Assembly: GCA_964548205.1 (NCBI GenBank)
Contig: CAZJPJ010000002.1
Coordinates: forward strand, 69,737 to 133,736
DNA from: an uncultured Candidatus Saccharibacteria bacterium
Lineage (GTDB): Bacteria > Patescibacteriota > Minisyncoccia > Phycocordibacterales > WO2-35-19
Direction of reading: 5' to 3'
DNA length: 64,000 nt
Part shown: positions 27,197-36,235 of the stretch, piece by piece
Position numbering within the stretch: position 1 is the first letter of the stretch
Layout of the letters: each line of letters opens with the position of its first letter
The notes under the pieces: model-generated
Seen by the model: the letters and a program-made list of their open reading frames with translations, nothing else
Database searches by the model: none
What the model was told of the DNA's origin: nothing
Translations under genes and position numbers: made by a program

Positions 27197-30100
27197 TATA
27201 ATAAGGGGCTTTGCTTCTGTATTTTTGATATTAGCCATCTTTTTTATAGGTGTGCCATTTGATGGTATTGTTCATATTATAGAAGAGCGCAATATAGTCG
27301 ACCTACTATATAAGGCAGAAAAAAGTAGCAATGTAGTCGACAGCCTTTTCAAAGATATTGTCTTACCAAAGACCGAAAAAACTAGTGCGGCGACTAATGA
27401 TGCGATGCTCGTCTTCAACTCTAAAGTTGGGACATCTACCATGCAGTATAGGGTCTGGAATGGAAGTTCTTGGGGGAGTGAGTCAACAACCTCTGATTTT
27501 CATGGCTCAGAGATTCGTTGGGCCCAGATGAAATATGCGCCAAATCGTGATGAGGCTATTTTAGTAGTACTTACAAATACAGGTCAAGTACAAGCGCAAA
27601 TATACGATGGTAGTTTCTGGGGGGAAACTACTATTTTATCGACCTTGAGTGACTTAAATGGAAGTTCTGATGGAGGTTCTTTATACAGAGGATTCGATGT
27701 TGAGTATGAACAATCTTCAGGAGACGCTATTGTTGTTTCTGGAGATGGCACGGCGGATCCAAATTATCATGTTTGGGATGGGTCTACGTGGAGTTTGAAT
27801 AATAATATCGATATCCCAACTACAGGGAGACCAAACTGGATTGAGCTTGCTGCTCCTATGGCTACGACCACTAATGATTCTTTGGCACTTATTACATTAG
27901 ATTCAAACAGTGATATATATGGCATGCGTTGGACTGGTAGCTCTTGGGATAATATGGGGGTAACAACTACTTGGGATGCGGCCGCAAGTATCTCGACAAG
28001 GAAAGCGATAGATGTTGCGTTTGAGACAGGCACTGGAGATATCATGTTCTTATGGGGTGATTCTGTTGCTGCTGACGATCACAATTATCGTACTTATGCT
28101 GGTGGGGCTTTGAGTAGTATTGTTGCTCTTCCTAACTCAAATGCTGGAGGTCAGCCAAACTGGGTAAGGCTCGCACCAAATACTACCTCTGGTGCAAACG
28201 TAAATCAGATAATGCTTGGCACCTTGGACTCCGCTGCTGATCTATCCACTTTTATTTGGAGCGGTACTGCTTGGAGCGCTGTGCATGCAGAGCATTCTGC
28301 TGCCGTAGAGAATGCTGCTGTTCAACAGGATTTTGAAATTGTCTTTGAGACTCATGTATCAAATCCTGATGATGCGTGGCTCTTATGGAACAATGGTTCA
28401 ACAGTTTCTAGGAAATTATGGAATGGCCCTACTGCTGCCTGGGGTTCAGCTACGACAGTGGGAGATGATAGCGCCGGGTTGGTATTAAATTCACATCCCA
28501 ATAATGGAGCCGTGCTTGCTGGTATATATGAAGATACAAGTTCAGCCTCTGATGATATTAGTGAAATACATTTGACGGGTGGGAGTCAGACATGGTCTTC
28601 GCTTGCTGATTTTTGGACAGGACCAGTGCAAAGAGAGATCGGTCTTCTTCGTATGGCGCAAGCGGTGCAAAGTTATAATAATTCAAATGAAGCCATGGTT
28701 GCTTATGTTACAGAAGGGAGCACCTCGTATCCTCAGTATGCGCGTTGGAATGGTTCTTCTTGGGGCAGTGTTGCATCTACATCTCCTACCGCTGGCGAGA
28801 TTAGACACATGGTACTAAAGGCTGCTCCTACTAGAGATGAGCTCATGCTCGTTACCTTAGGTCATACTGGTCAAGTGCAGGCTCAGGTATACAGTGGTGA
28901 GAGTGGAGCTTGGGGTTCTGCTCAATTGTTAAACACTATGAATAATTCACAGGGTACTAGGGATACCCAGTCTTTATATAGAGGTTTTGACATTGAGTAT
29001 GAGAGTGCTTCAGGAGATGCTATCGTGGTGACTGGAGATGGCACGGCGGATCCAAATTATCATGTCTGGGATGGGAGCTCTTGGACGGGGCCTACTGACA
29101 TAAATATTCCAAATACAGGTCGCCCGAATTGGATAGAGTTGGCTGCACCACTCGCTACTACTACAAACGATTCACTCGCTTTTATATTGGTGGATAGTAA
29201 TGTTGATGTATATGGTATGCGATGGACTGGAAGTGCGTGGGACAATATGGGGGCTGCCGCAGTATGGGATGCGACAGGTGCTATTGCCACTGAAAAATCT
29301 GTTGACGTGGCTTTTGAAACAGGAAGCGGGGACATTATGTTTATATGGGGAGATTCGGTATCTACTGATCAATACTACCGGACTTATTCTGGAGGATCGT
29401 TATCTGCCGCTACTCTTCTTGATAATGCACAAGCTGGAGCTGTAAACAACTGGATGCGTCTTGCTCCAAATCCTACAGGTGGCTCTTTCCAAGATCAAAT
29501 CCTCTATGCAGTTCTCGACGGCGGTTCGGACCTCAATACATTTATGTGGAGCGGTACTGCTTGGAGTAGTGTGCACACTGAACACACTGCTGCTGCAGAA
29601 AATCATTCTAATCAGGTTTTTGATATTGCGTTTGAAACCCACTCCTCAAATCCTGATGATGCATGGCTTGCTTATGGGGATGGAAATACCATATCTCGTA
29701 AGCTTTGGAATGGTGCAACACAAACGTGGGGTAGCGCTACAACTCAAGGAGATGACACTGACTATATTGCTCTCAATGCTCATCCCAATACAGGAGCATT
29801 CTTTATGGCCGCTTATGAAAGTTCTGCTTCTGCTTCTGATGACGCCACCATCAATAATCTTAGTGGAGGCTCTCAAACATGGGGATCTGCAACAAGTATC
29901 TGGCCTGGTCCTGTTGGACGTGTTGGCTTAGGTCTTACACAAATTGCGATTGCTAGTGATCGATATCAATCTCCTACATTTGAACAATCTGCCTACCGTC
30001 TATTTACAAACACAAACTCGGCTGATGTAGGAAGCCCTCTTGCTCTGCAAGACACTTCGGCAACTCTTAGTTCTACCGGAGATGCTTTTAGACTCAGAAC

Positions 30101-31064
30101 ACTTATTCATGTGGGGAGTAACCAGCTCACAACTGGGTCTACTAGTTTCAAGTTGCAGTATGCCGAAAAGTCAGGCACTTGCGATACTTCATTTTCGGGG
30201 GAAACTTATGCTGATGTGACAGGTGCTACCCCCATAGCTTTTAATGACAACGCTTCGCCTGTGGATGGAGCGTCATTGGTTGCAAATGTAAATGATCCGA
30301 CCCATGGTGGGCACGCTATAGTAAATCAGGATTATGAGGAATCTAATAATTTTACTAACTCTGAGGCTGCTATACCGGCAGGTCAGGATGGTAAGTGGGA
30401 TTTCTCACTTATAGATAATGGTGCACCAGCAAATACAAGCTATTGTTTTAGAATTGTAAAATCAGGAGGTGCATTGCTCGATACATATACTGTCATTCCT
30501 GAGGTAAGTACTGCGGACGGTGCGCCGTCACTTACATTTACAGTGACTACCAATAACTTCGGCTCTATTGTTCCGGGTTTCCCAGTTTTTGCTACCAGCA
30601 CTCTTTCTGTAAATACAAATAATTCGTCTGGATGGTTTGTGACTGTTTCAGCAGATGATGTTACTGACACAGTTCAAACAATGGATCTAACAACTGATAC
30701 AAATATTGAGATTATGGACCTTGATCCTCAATGGATCGCTCCTGTATCAACTACAACGACTAGTAATGCTATATCCATAACTAATGGTCAGAATGCTCTA
30801 GCTTTCAGGGTGATGACTGCAAGTGGTACGACTTCTTTCCGTTCTACTTCTTGGTGGGGGAGTGGAGATGATCCTTATACTACGGCACGATGGGCTGGCT
30901 TTGCTAGTTCTAGTGCCCCGACTACAAATTTGAAGATAGGTATATCAAGCACTGATTCTGGCGGAGAAGCTATTAATACTATCCAATATTATTTGGATGT
31001 ATCAGAGAGTCAATTGAGCGGGGACTATTCTGGGTCTATTACCTTTACTGCTGTTGCAAACTAA
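27174..31064 (+). CDS. Giant secreted protein: two tandem ~420-aa beta-propeller-like lectin-type repeats plus a ~200-aa C-terminal domain shared with the next gene
   Basis: 1296 aa. Blade-like motifs recur every ~50 aa (YRVWNGSSWG, YHVWDGSTWS, YGMRWTGSSWD, FIWSGTAWS). The whole block is duplicated (aa ~78-505 and ~505-930). The C-terminal region aligns with ORF 31166-31858. Confidence 0.75.
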   Translation: MIRKVLRNIIRGFASVFLILAIFFIGVPFDGIVHIIEERNIVDLLYKAEKSSNVVDSLFKDIVLPKTEKTSAATNDAMLVFNSKVGTSTMQYRVWNGSSWGSESTTSDFHGSEIRWAQMKYAPNRDEAILVVLTNTGQVQAQIYDGSFWGETTILSTLSDLNGSSDGGSLYRGFDVEYEQSSGDAIVVSGDGTADPNYHVWDGSTWSLNNNIDIPTTGRPNWIELAAPMATTTNDSLALITLDSNSDIYGMRWTGSSWDNMGVTTTWDAAASISTRKAIDVAFETGTGDIMFLWGDSVAADDHNYRTYAGGALSSIVALPNSNAGGQPNWVRLAPNTTSGANVNQIMLGTLDSAADLSTFIWSGTAWSAVHAEHSAAVENAAVQQDFEIVFETHVSNPDDAWLLWNNGSTVSRKLWNGPTAAWGSATTVGDDSAGLVLNSHPNNGAVLAGIYEDTSSASDDISEIHLTGGSQTWSSLADFWTGPVQREIGLLRMAQAVQSYNNSNEAMVAYVTEGSTSYPQYARWNGSSWGSVASTSPTAGEIRHMVLKAAPTRDELMLVTLGHTGQVQAQVYSGESGAWGSAQLLNTMNNSQGTRDTQSLYRGFDIEYESASGDAIVVTGDGTADPNYHVWDGSSWTGPTDINIPNTGRPNWIELAAPLATTTNDSLAFILVDSNVDVYGMRWTGSAWDNMGAAAVWDATGAIATEKSVDVAFETGSGDIMFIWGDSVSTDQYYRTYSGGSLSAATLLDNAQAGAVNNWMRLAPNPTGGSFQDQILYAVLDGGSDLNTFMWSGTAWSSVHTEHTAAAENHSNQVFDIAFETHSSNPDDAWLAYGDGNTISRKLWNGATQTWGSATTQGDDTDYIALNAHPNTGAFFMAAYESSASASDDATINNLSGGSQTWGSATSIWPGPVGRVGLGLTQIAIASDRYQSPTFEQSAYRLFTNTNSADVGSPLALQDTSATLSSTGDAFRLRTLIHVGSNQLTTGSTSFKLQYAEKSGTCDTSFSGETYADVTGATPIAFNDNASPVDGASLVANVNDPTHGGHAIVNQDYEESNNFTNSEAAIPAGQDGKWDFSLIDNGAPANTSYCFRIVKSGGALLDTYTVIPEVSTADGAPSLTFTVTTNNFGSIVPGFPVFATSTLSVNTNNSSGWFVTVSADDVTDTVQTMDLTTDTNIEIMDLDPQWIAPVSTTTTSNAISITNGQNALAFRVMTASGTTSFRSTSWWGSGDDPYTTARWAGFASSSAPTTNLKIGISSTDSGGEAINTIQYYLDVSESQLSGDYSGSITFTAVAN

Positions 31065-31165
31065 GTAAAGTTTTTGTTTTATGGACTGTGGATATCGTCT
31101 TGTAATATGTACCTTTTCAAAATAAAATTAAGAGGTCAGTTCTTCCTTATTAATATAAAAAAGAA

Positions 31166-31858
31166 ATGAAAATAGAATACATTAGTAGTTTTAGTAAATC
31201 TGATACAAGGTTGCTTGCTTTTTGTTTGGCTGTATCTTTCTTGGTCACCAGTTTGTTTTATGTAAATTATGCTAAGGGTGAAGCTGTGGTGCTTACTGTT
31301 ACTGTCCAGTCCACTCTTTCTTTTTCAACCACTTCTGATAATTTCGGCAACATTACTCCCGGTAGTCCGAAGTTTGCTACTACAACTCTTGCTCTTTCTA
31401 CAAACAATACTCCAGGATGGAATATTATTCTTTCCGGAGATGATCAAGGTACATCGAATGAAGTATGTGATTTAGACAGTGATGCTTCGGTAGGTCTTAC
31501 TGATCAAGCAGAATGGGTCCCGGGTGCAGCTACGACTACAGCTGGTAATGCTGTCCGTATAGGTTCATTTGATAATTCAGGTGACGTTTTAGCTTTTCGA
31601 GTGATGACCGCAAGTGGTAGCGCCCCTTTTAGATCTACTTCTTGGTGGGGAAGTTCTGATACATATACTGATAATGCGAGCACCCTGTGGGCTGGTATAT
31701 CGAGTTCTTCGCCATCAAGACAGATAGGTAATGCAGGTAATGGTTCTTATAGCGCAAGTACTCATTTGAATACAGTATTGTATTATCTTGATGTTCCTGC
31801 TTCTCAGCAGACGGGTGCTTATAGTTGCCCACTTACATTTACAGCAACAGCCAATTAG
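31166..31858 (+). CDS. Secreted protein consisting of the C-terminal domain shared with the giant propeller protein (WxL-like cell-surface domain candidate)
   Basis: Signal peptide. TVTVQSTLSFSTTSDNFGNITPGSPKFATTTLALSTNNTPGW...LAFRVMTASG..FRSTSWWGS...YYLDV...TFTATAN is colinear with the last ~200 aa of the giant protein. Confidence 0.65.
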   Translation: MKIEYISSFSKSDTRLLAFCLAVSFLVTSLFYVNYAKGEAVVLTVTVQSTLSFSTTSDNFGNITPGSPKFATTTLALSTNNTPGWNIILSGDDQGTSNEVCDLDSDASVGLTDQAEWVPGAATTTAGNAVRIGSFDNSGDVLAFRVMTASGSAPFRSTSWWGSSDTYTDNASTLWAGISSSSPSRQIGNAGNGSYSASTHLNTVLYYLDVPASQQTGAYSCPLTFTATAN

Positions 31859-31868
31859 AAGTCTATAA

Positions 31869-32795
31869 ATGACGTCAATTATTAAAAAAATCGTTGTCTG
31901 TTCTATCGTAACAGTGGCTTTAGGAGTTGAGCTTGTGTCTGCAAGTACTGGCCTTTCAATACAACCAGTAAAGGTAAGTCACACCTTAACTCCTGGAGAT
32001 GAAGTATCGGGTATTATTTCATTGAAAAATGAAAGTGGTGAAAGAATTGCGGTCGATGTAAGTGTCGAAGACTTCACACCTTCGGCAGGAACAACAAACA
32101 TATCGTTTGTAGGTAGGGCAGATGGCAATACTACGGTTAGGGATTGGGTCACTCTGGATGTACCAAGTAATTTTTTCTTTGAATCTGGTGAAAGTAAACA
32201 AATCAAATATACTATCAAAGCTCCTCAGGATGCAGAGCCGGGGAGTCATTTTGGGGTTTCTTTTTTTAAAGCATACAAACCTGAAGATCAGAGTCAGCTC
32301 AAGGTTAGTACTAGGATAGGGATGCTAATGTTCGTGACTATTCCAGGAAATCAACTTCAGAGTGGAAGAGTTCTAGATTTTAAATCCCCATTATTTCTTC
32401 AGAGAGGTCCAGTGCCGTTTACGATAAAGTACGAAAATACTGGGACTGTTCACTTTGAACCCAAGGGTAAAATTGAGATAAAAAATATCTTGGGTAAAAA
32501 AGTTGGGGAAGTGGAGGTTGCAGGTCAAGCTGTTCTACCAACTGGTATAAGAGACCTTGAAGCGGCATGGAACGAGGGAGGTCTTGTGTTCGGTCGTTAT
32601 ACCGCCAACCTAACCATACAGGATGGCGAAGGTAATGTCATGAATTCAGAACAGATTTCCTTTTATGGATTTCCATTGATGTATACAGGTGGTTTTATTT
32701 TCTTGGCTTTTATAATATTTGTATTAGTCAAATTTTTGAAGAGAAGACTACATATAAATATAAGTGTTGGTAAAAAGGATGATACAATGATGTAA
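31869..32795 (+). CDS. Membrane-anchored cell-surface protein (DUF916/DUF3324-like architecture)
   Basis: Signal peptide, ~250-aa beta-rich ectodomain, C-terminal TM helix plus basic tail (GGFIFLAFIIFVLVKFLKRR). This architecture, and its position after two proteins sharing a C-terminal domain, recall Gram-positive csc/WxL clusters. Family call is tentative. Confidence 0.45.
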   Translation: MTSIIKKIVVCSIVTVALGVELVSASTGLSIQPVKVSHTLTPGDEVSGIISLKNESGERIAVDVSVEDFTPSAGTTNISFVGRADGNTTVRDWVTLDVPSNFFFESGESKQIKYTIKAPQDAEPGSHFGVSFFKAYKPEDQSQLKVSTRIGMLMFVTIPGNQLQSGRVLDFKSPLFLQRGPVPFTIKYENTGTVHFEPKGKIEIKNILGKKVGEVEVAGQAVLPTGIRDLEAAWNEGGLVFGRYTANLTIQDGEGNVMNSEQISFYGFPLMYTGGFIFLAFIIFVLVKFLKRRLHINISVGKKDDTMM

Positions 32796-33820
32796 TGATG
32801 GGCCTGCGCTTCCACTTTATTTCTCTGTTTTTTATATTATTTTTTTTCTTAATTTTTAATCAAATTATTGCTAGCTCTACAACTTTGAGAGTGGTTGTTG
32901 TAGGAGATAAACAGTGTAATGACGGTATTGACAACGATGGGGACAACCTCATCGATTATTTGGGTGACCCTGGGTGTGACACCTCAATTGATGATGATGA
33001 AAGTAATCCATCTACTGGTGGTGGGGGCGGTTCTGGTGGTGGAGGAGGCGGTGGGGGTGGTACAACGGTATCTAGTCAGTCTCTTACTGGGGTAATATTT
33101 AGGGGGGTAGCCTACCCAAATAGTAGCGTTTTTATACTAAAAAACGGTAGCATAGTGGCTTCCACTATATCTGGACCTGATGCTAGGTTTGATGTACTCA
33201 TTAACAACATATCTTCTGGAAACTATACTTTCAGTATTTATGCTACAGATGCTAATGGTATGTCATCTACACCCAAAGTCTTTTCTATTAGTTTGATATC
33301 AGGTTCTACAGCCACAGTGAGTGATATTTTTCTTTCCCCAACAATATCAACTGATAAAGTAGAAGTGAGAAGAGGTGATCCGATTGTACTGTTCGGTCAA
33401 GGAGCGCCTGAGTCAAAAGTAACGATCGTAGTAAATTCTGAAAATGAGATAATAAAAGAAAAAAACACTGATACTAAGGGGGTTTGGTCGTATCAGTTAG
33501 ATTCTATCTTACTTGAAAATGGAGACCATGAAGCAAAAAGTAGAATTTCTTCTTCTGAATCAGTTAGTCCTTTTTCTAAATCTGTATTTTTTAAAGTTGG
33601 TAATGTAAATAAGAATAGAGACAAAGAACCAAATACACTCAGAAAAGGTGACCTCAATAGTGATGGAAAAGTGAATCTAGTGGACTTTTCTATCGCGGCA
33701 TTTTGGTATAGGAAGCAGTTGTCCGGAGATATAATAGAAAGGGAATTAGAAAGATTAAATGCTGATAGCAAAATAGATCTAAAAGATTTTAGCATTATTG
33801 CTTATTGGTGGACTGGTTAA
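32795..33820 (+). CDS. Secreted protein with a Cys-bounded DNDGDG calcium-binding motif, Gly-rich linker, Ig-like domains and C-terminal dockerin-like repeats
   Basis: CNDGIDNDGDNLIDYLGDPGC; a GGGGGSGGGGGGGGG linker; two dockerin-type calcium-binding repeats (DLNSDGKVNLVDFSIAAFWY, ADSKIDLKDFSIIAYWW). Confidence 0.6.
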   Translation: MMGLRFHFISLFFILFFFLIFNQIIASSTTLRVVVVGDKQCNDGIDNDGDNLIDYLGDPGCDTSIDDDESNPSTGGGGGSGGGGGGGGGTTVSSQSLTGVIFRGVAYPNSSVFILKNGSIVASTISGPDARFDVLINNISSGNYTFSIYATDANGMSSTPKVFSISLISGSTATVSDIFLSPTISTDKVEVRRGDPIVLFGQGAPESKVTIVVNSENEIIKEKNTDTKGVWSYQLDSILLENGDHEAKSRISSSESVSPFSKSVFFKVGNVNKNRDKEPNTLRKGDLNSDGKVNLVDFSIAAFWYRKQLSGDIIERELERLNADSKIDLKDFSIIAYWWTG

Positions 33821-34730
33821 TATGAAAAAAATATTTAAAATACTAATTATACTCTCTGTTAGCTCTACCCCACTTCTCAGTAGTGCGGCTGTTTTTGGAG
33901 TCGATAAAAATAACATAAGCCCATCTGATAGTTCAGAATTATTTTTAGACGTTTATGTAGATACTGAGGGTGAGGCTATAAATACTTTTGCGGGAGAGCT
34001 ATTTATACCAGATTTTATTCAGGTAAAAAAAATATACTATGGAAATTCTATAATAAATACTTGGATCCAAACACCAGAATACATAAATAATAGCATCATT
34101 TTTTCTGGAGTTGTGCCAGGGGGGTTTGAAAGAGATGTAAATCCTCTAAGTAAACTTGGTACCAAGGGGTTGCTTTTTCAGGCGTTAGTATCAATTGAAA
34201 ATAGAGAAGAATTAGAACAAGGAAAGGGAGAAAAGGAATTATTATTTTTAAGTGCCGAAGCTTTTTTGAATGACGGCGAAGGTACAAGTGCCAAAGTAAA
34301 ATTTAAAGAAATCGATGTTACCAAATCCGTTGGCGGATCAAGTTATGAAGTACCCGTTGTTACTGATAGGCTTTCTCCGGAATCAATAAATTATGAGATA
34401 AGCAGAGATCGTTCTATTTTCAATAATAAGTATTTTGTATCTTTTTATTCTGAAGATAGGCATTCTGGGGTCAATAGGTATGAGATATGTGAGTCTTGGT
34501 TGCCATTGCCTTACCCGTATACTTGTATCGGTAAGTGGTATGAGGCTTCCAGTCCATATCTCCTCACTGACCAATCACTCAGAAGTGATATTTATATCAA
34601 AATTTATGATGTAGAGAATAATGTGTATACAAAAGTTATTTATCCTAAGCACAGCTCTGTCTTATATACTTTCTATCTTATTGGTATAATTTTGTTGTTG
34701 GTTTTTTATAAGTATTATATAAAAAGATAA
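33798..34730 (+). CDS. Cohesin-like domain protein with C-terminal membrane anchor
   Basis: Signal peptide, N-terminal ~150-aa beta-sandwich region resembling cohesin modules, C-terminal TM helix (FYLIGIILLLVFY). Confidence 0.45.
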   Translation: MLIGGLVNMKKIFKILIILSVSSTPLLSSAAVFGVDKNNISPSDSSELFLDVYVDTEGEAINTFAGELFIPDFIQVKKIYYGNSIINTWIQTPEYINNSIIFSGVVPGGFERDVNPLSKLGTKGLLFQALVSIENREELEQGKGEKELLFLSAEAFLNDGEGTSAKVKFKEIDVTKSVGGSSYEVPVVTDRLSPESINYEISRDRSIFNNKYFVSFYSEDRHSGVNRYEICESWLPLPYPYTCIGKWYEASSPYLLTDQSLRSDIYIKIYDVENNVYTKVIYPKHSSVLYTFYLIGIILLLVFYKYYIKR

Positions 34731-34738
34731 AACAAAAA

Positions 34739-36178
34739 TTGAAATTTTATAAATCTAAAATTTTTTTATTTTCATTTCTGTTTGTCTTAGCTTTTGTTTT
34801 GTTGCCCTCAGTTACAAATGCCGCAAGTCTGTATTTCAATCCTTCCAGTTCTGAGTATAAGATAGGCGATTCTTTTTTTGTAAATGTTGTCATTGATAGT
34901 GCTGATAAGTCTATCAACGCACTCTCTGGAAGTATCGATTTCTCAAGCGATGTTTTAGAGGTTGTTTCTATAAGCAAAACTGGCTCAATTGTAAATTTTT
35001 GGGTACAGGAACCAAATTATTCTAATGCCAATGGGAGTGTCAGTTTTGAGGGTGTTGTACCGAATCCTGGGTTTATAGGTAATGTCGGTCGTGTTATAAC
35101 CATAAATTTTAAGGTAAAAAGAGCTGGGCTGGCAAAACTTGCGTATTCATCTGCTTCTGTTTTGGCGAATGACGGTTTGGGTACAAATATTCTTTCTGGT
35201 GTAAAGGGCGCCACTTTCTCTATCAAGGAAGCTTTGGTTGTACCACAAATAAAATCAGATTTAGATGTTATTGATAATAGTCCTTCTATATTGAACTCAA
35301 TAAAAGAAGCCCCAAGAGAGGATAAGACTGTTCCGATTGTGGGGCTTGAGTATGTTTTAAATCAAAAAGTTTCTGATGAATATAAGTATCAAGTTTATAT
35401 CGGAGGGTTTGGACCTACAGATTGGCAAACTGATACAGATAAGATTTTTAGTACAAGTCCGTTACAGCCAGGAGAGCATACAATAAGAGTTGTAATATCA
35501 GATCGGAAGGGTAATGAATATACAAAGATTTTTAATGTTTATGTAGCTCCTCTTGAAAGGCCAACTCTTAATCAGACTCTCAGTATTGTAAATTCCGATG
35601 AACCTATTGTGGTAAACGGTTATTCGAGCTATGTAGGAGAGAGGGTTATGCTTCATATAAAGAACAATGATGGAAGTTTTATAAAAAAATATGAGGTGGT
35701 TATAAAATCTGATGGTACTTTCTCCATAATAGGCGATAAGCTAGGTAGCGATGTTTATACAATGTACGTAGAGGTTGTAAGGCAAGATGGAGCAAGAAGT
35801 CTGCCTACAGAATCAGTGACATTCCTTGTAAGAAGCTCAAATATTTTAAGGCTCGGTAATTTGGCTATAAGTTACCTCTCTATCATTGTTACCCTTCTTT
35901 TGCTTATAGCCGGAGCGATTGTGCTCGGGCTATTTATCTTGAGGTATGTCTATGTCTACAATCGCAAAGTCAAAAAATGGCGTGAAAATGTCGATACTGA
36001 GGTCTCTCGCGGAGTTTCAGATCTTGAGTCTGAGATAGATTATCTAATTTCTCAGTTTGATGGTAAGCCAAACCTGAGTTCTAAAGAAAAGGAAATGCTG
36101 GATAAGATAACAGCTCTCTTGGAGAGGTATCGACATAATGTTGTTAAAAAACTTGGTAAAGAAATAAAGTCTGAATAG
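34739..36178 (+). CDS. Cohesin-like domain protein with Ig-like middle region and C-terminal membrane anchor
   Basis: Signal peptide. The N-terminal module LYFNPSSSEYKIGDSFFVNVVIDSADKSINALSGSIDFSSDVLEVVSI resembles type-I cohesins. C-terminal TM helix plus cytoplasmic coiled-coil tail. Confidence 0.5.
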   Translation: MKFYKSKIFLFSFLFVLAFVLLPSVTNAASLYFNPSSSEYKIGDSFFVNVVIDSADKSINALSGSIDFSSDVLEVVSISKTGSIVNFWVQEPNYSNANGSVSFEGVVPNPGFIGNVGRVITINFKVKRAGLAKLAYSSASVLANDGLGTNILSGVKGATFSIKEALVVPQIKSDLDVIDNSPSILNSIKEAPREDKTVPIVGLEYVLNQKVSDEYKYQVYIGGFGPTDWQTDTDKIFSTSPLQPGEHTIRVVISDRKGNEYTKIFNVYVAPLERPTLNQTLSIVNSDEPIVVNGYSSYVGERVMLHIKNNDGSFIKKYEVVIKSDGTFSIIGDKLGSDVYTMYVEVVRQDGARSLPTESVTFLVRSSNILRLGNLAISYLSIIVTLLLLIAGAIVLGLFILRYVYVYNRKVKKWRENVDTEVSRGVSDLESEIDYLISQFDGKPNLSSKEKEMLDKITALLERYRHNVVKKLGKEIKSE

Positions 36179-36197
36179 AAATCTAAATATAAGAAAA

Positions 36198-36225
36198 GCC
36201 CCCGGCGCGTACCCGCGCCGGGGGC
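36198..36225. terminator. Bidirectional GC-rich terminator hairpin between convergent genes
   Basis: gcccccggcgcg-tacc-cgcgccgggggc, a perfect 12-bp stem. Confidence 0.6.
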
Positions 36226-36235
36226 TGAAGGCTGT

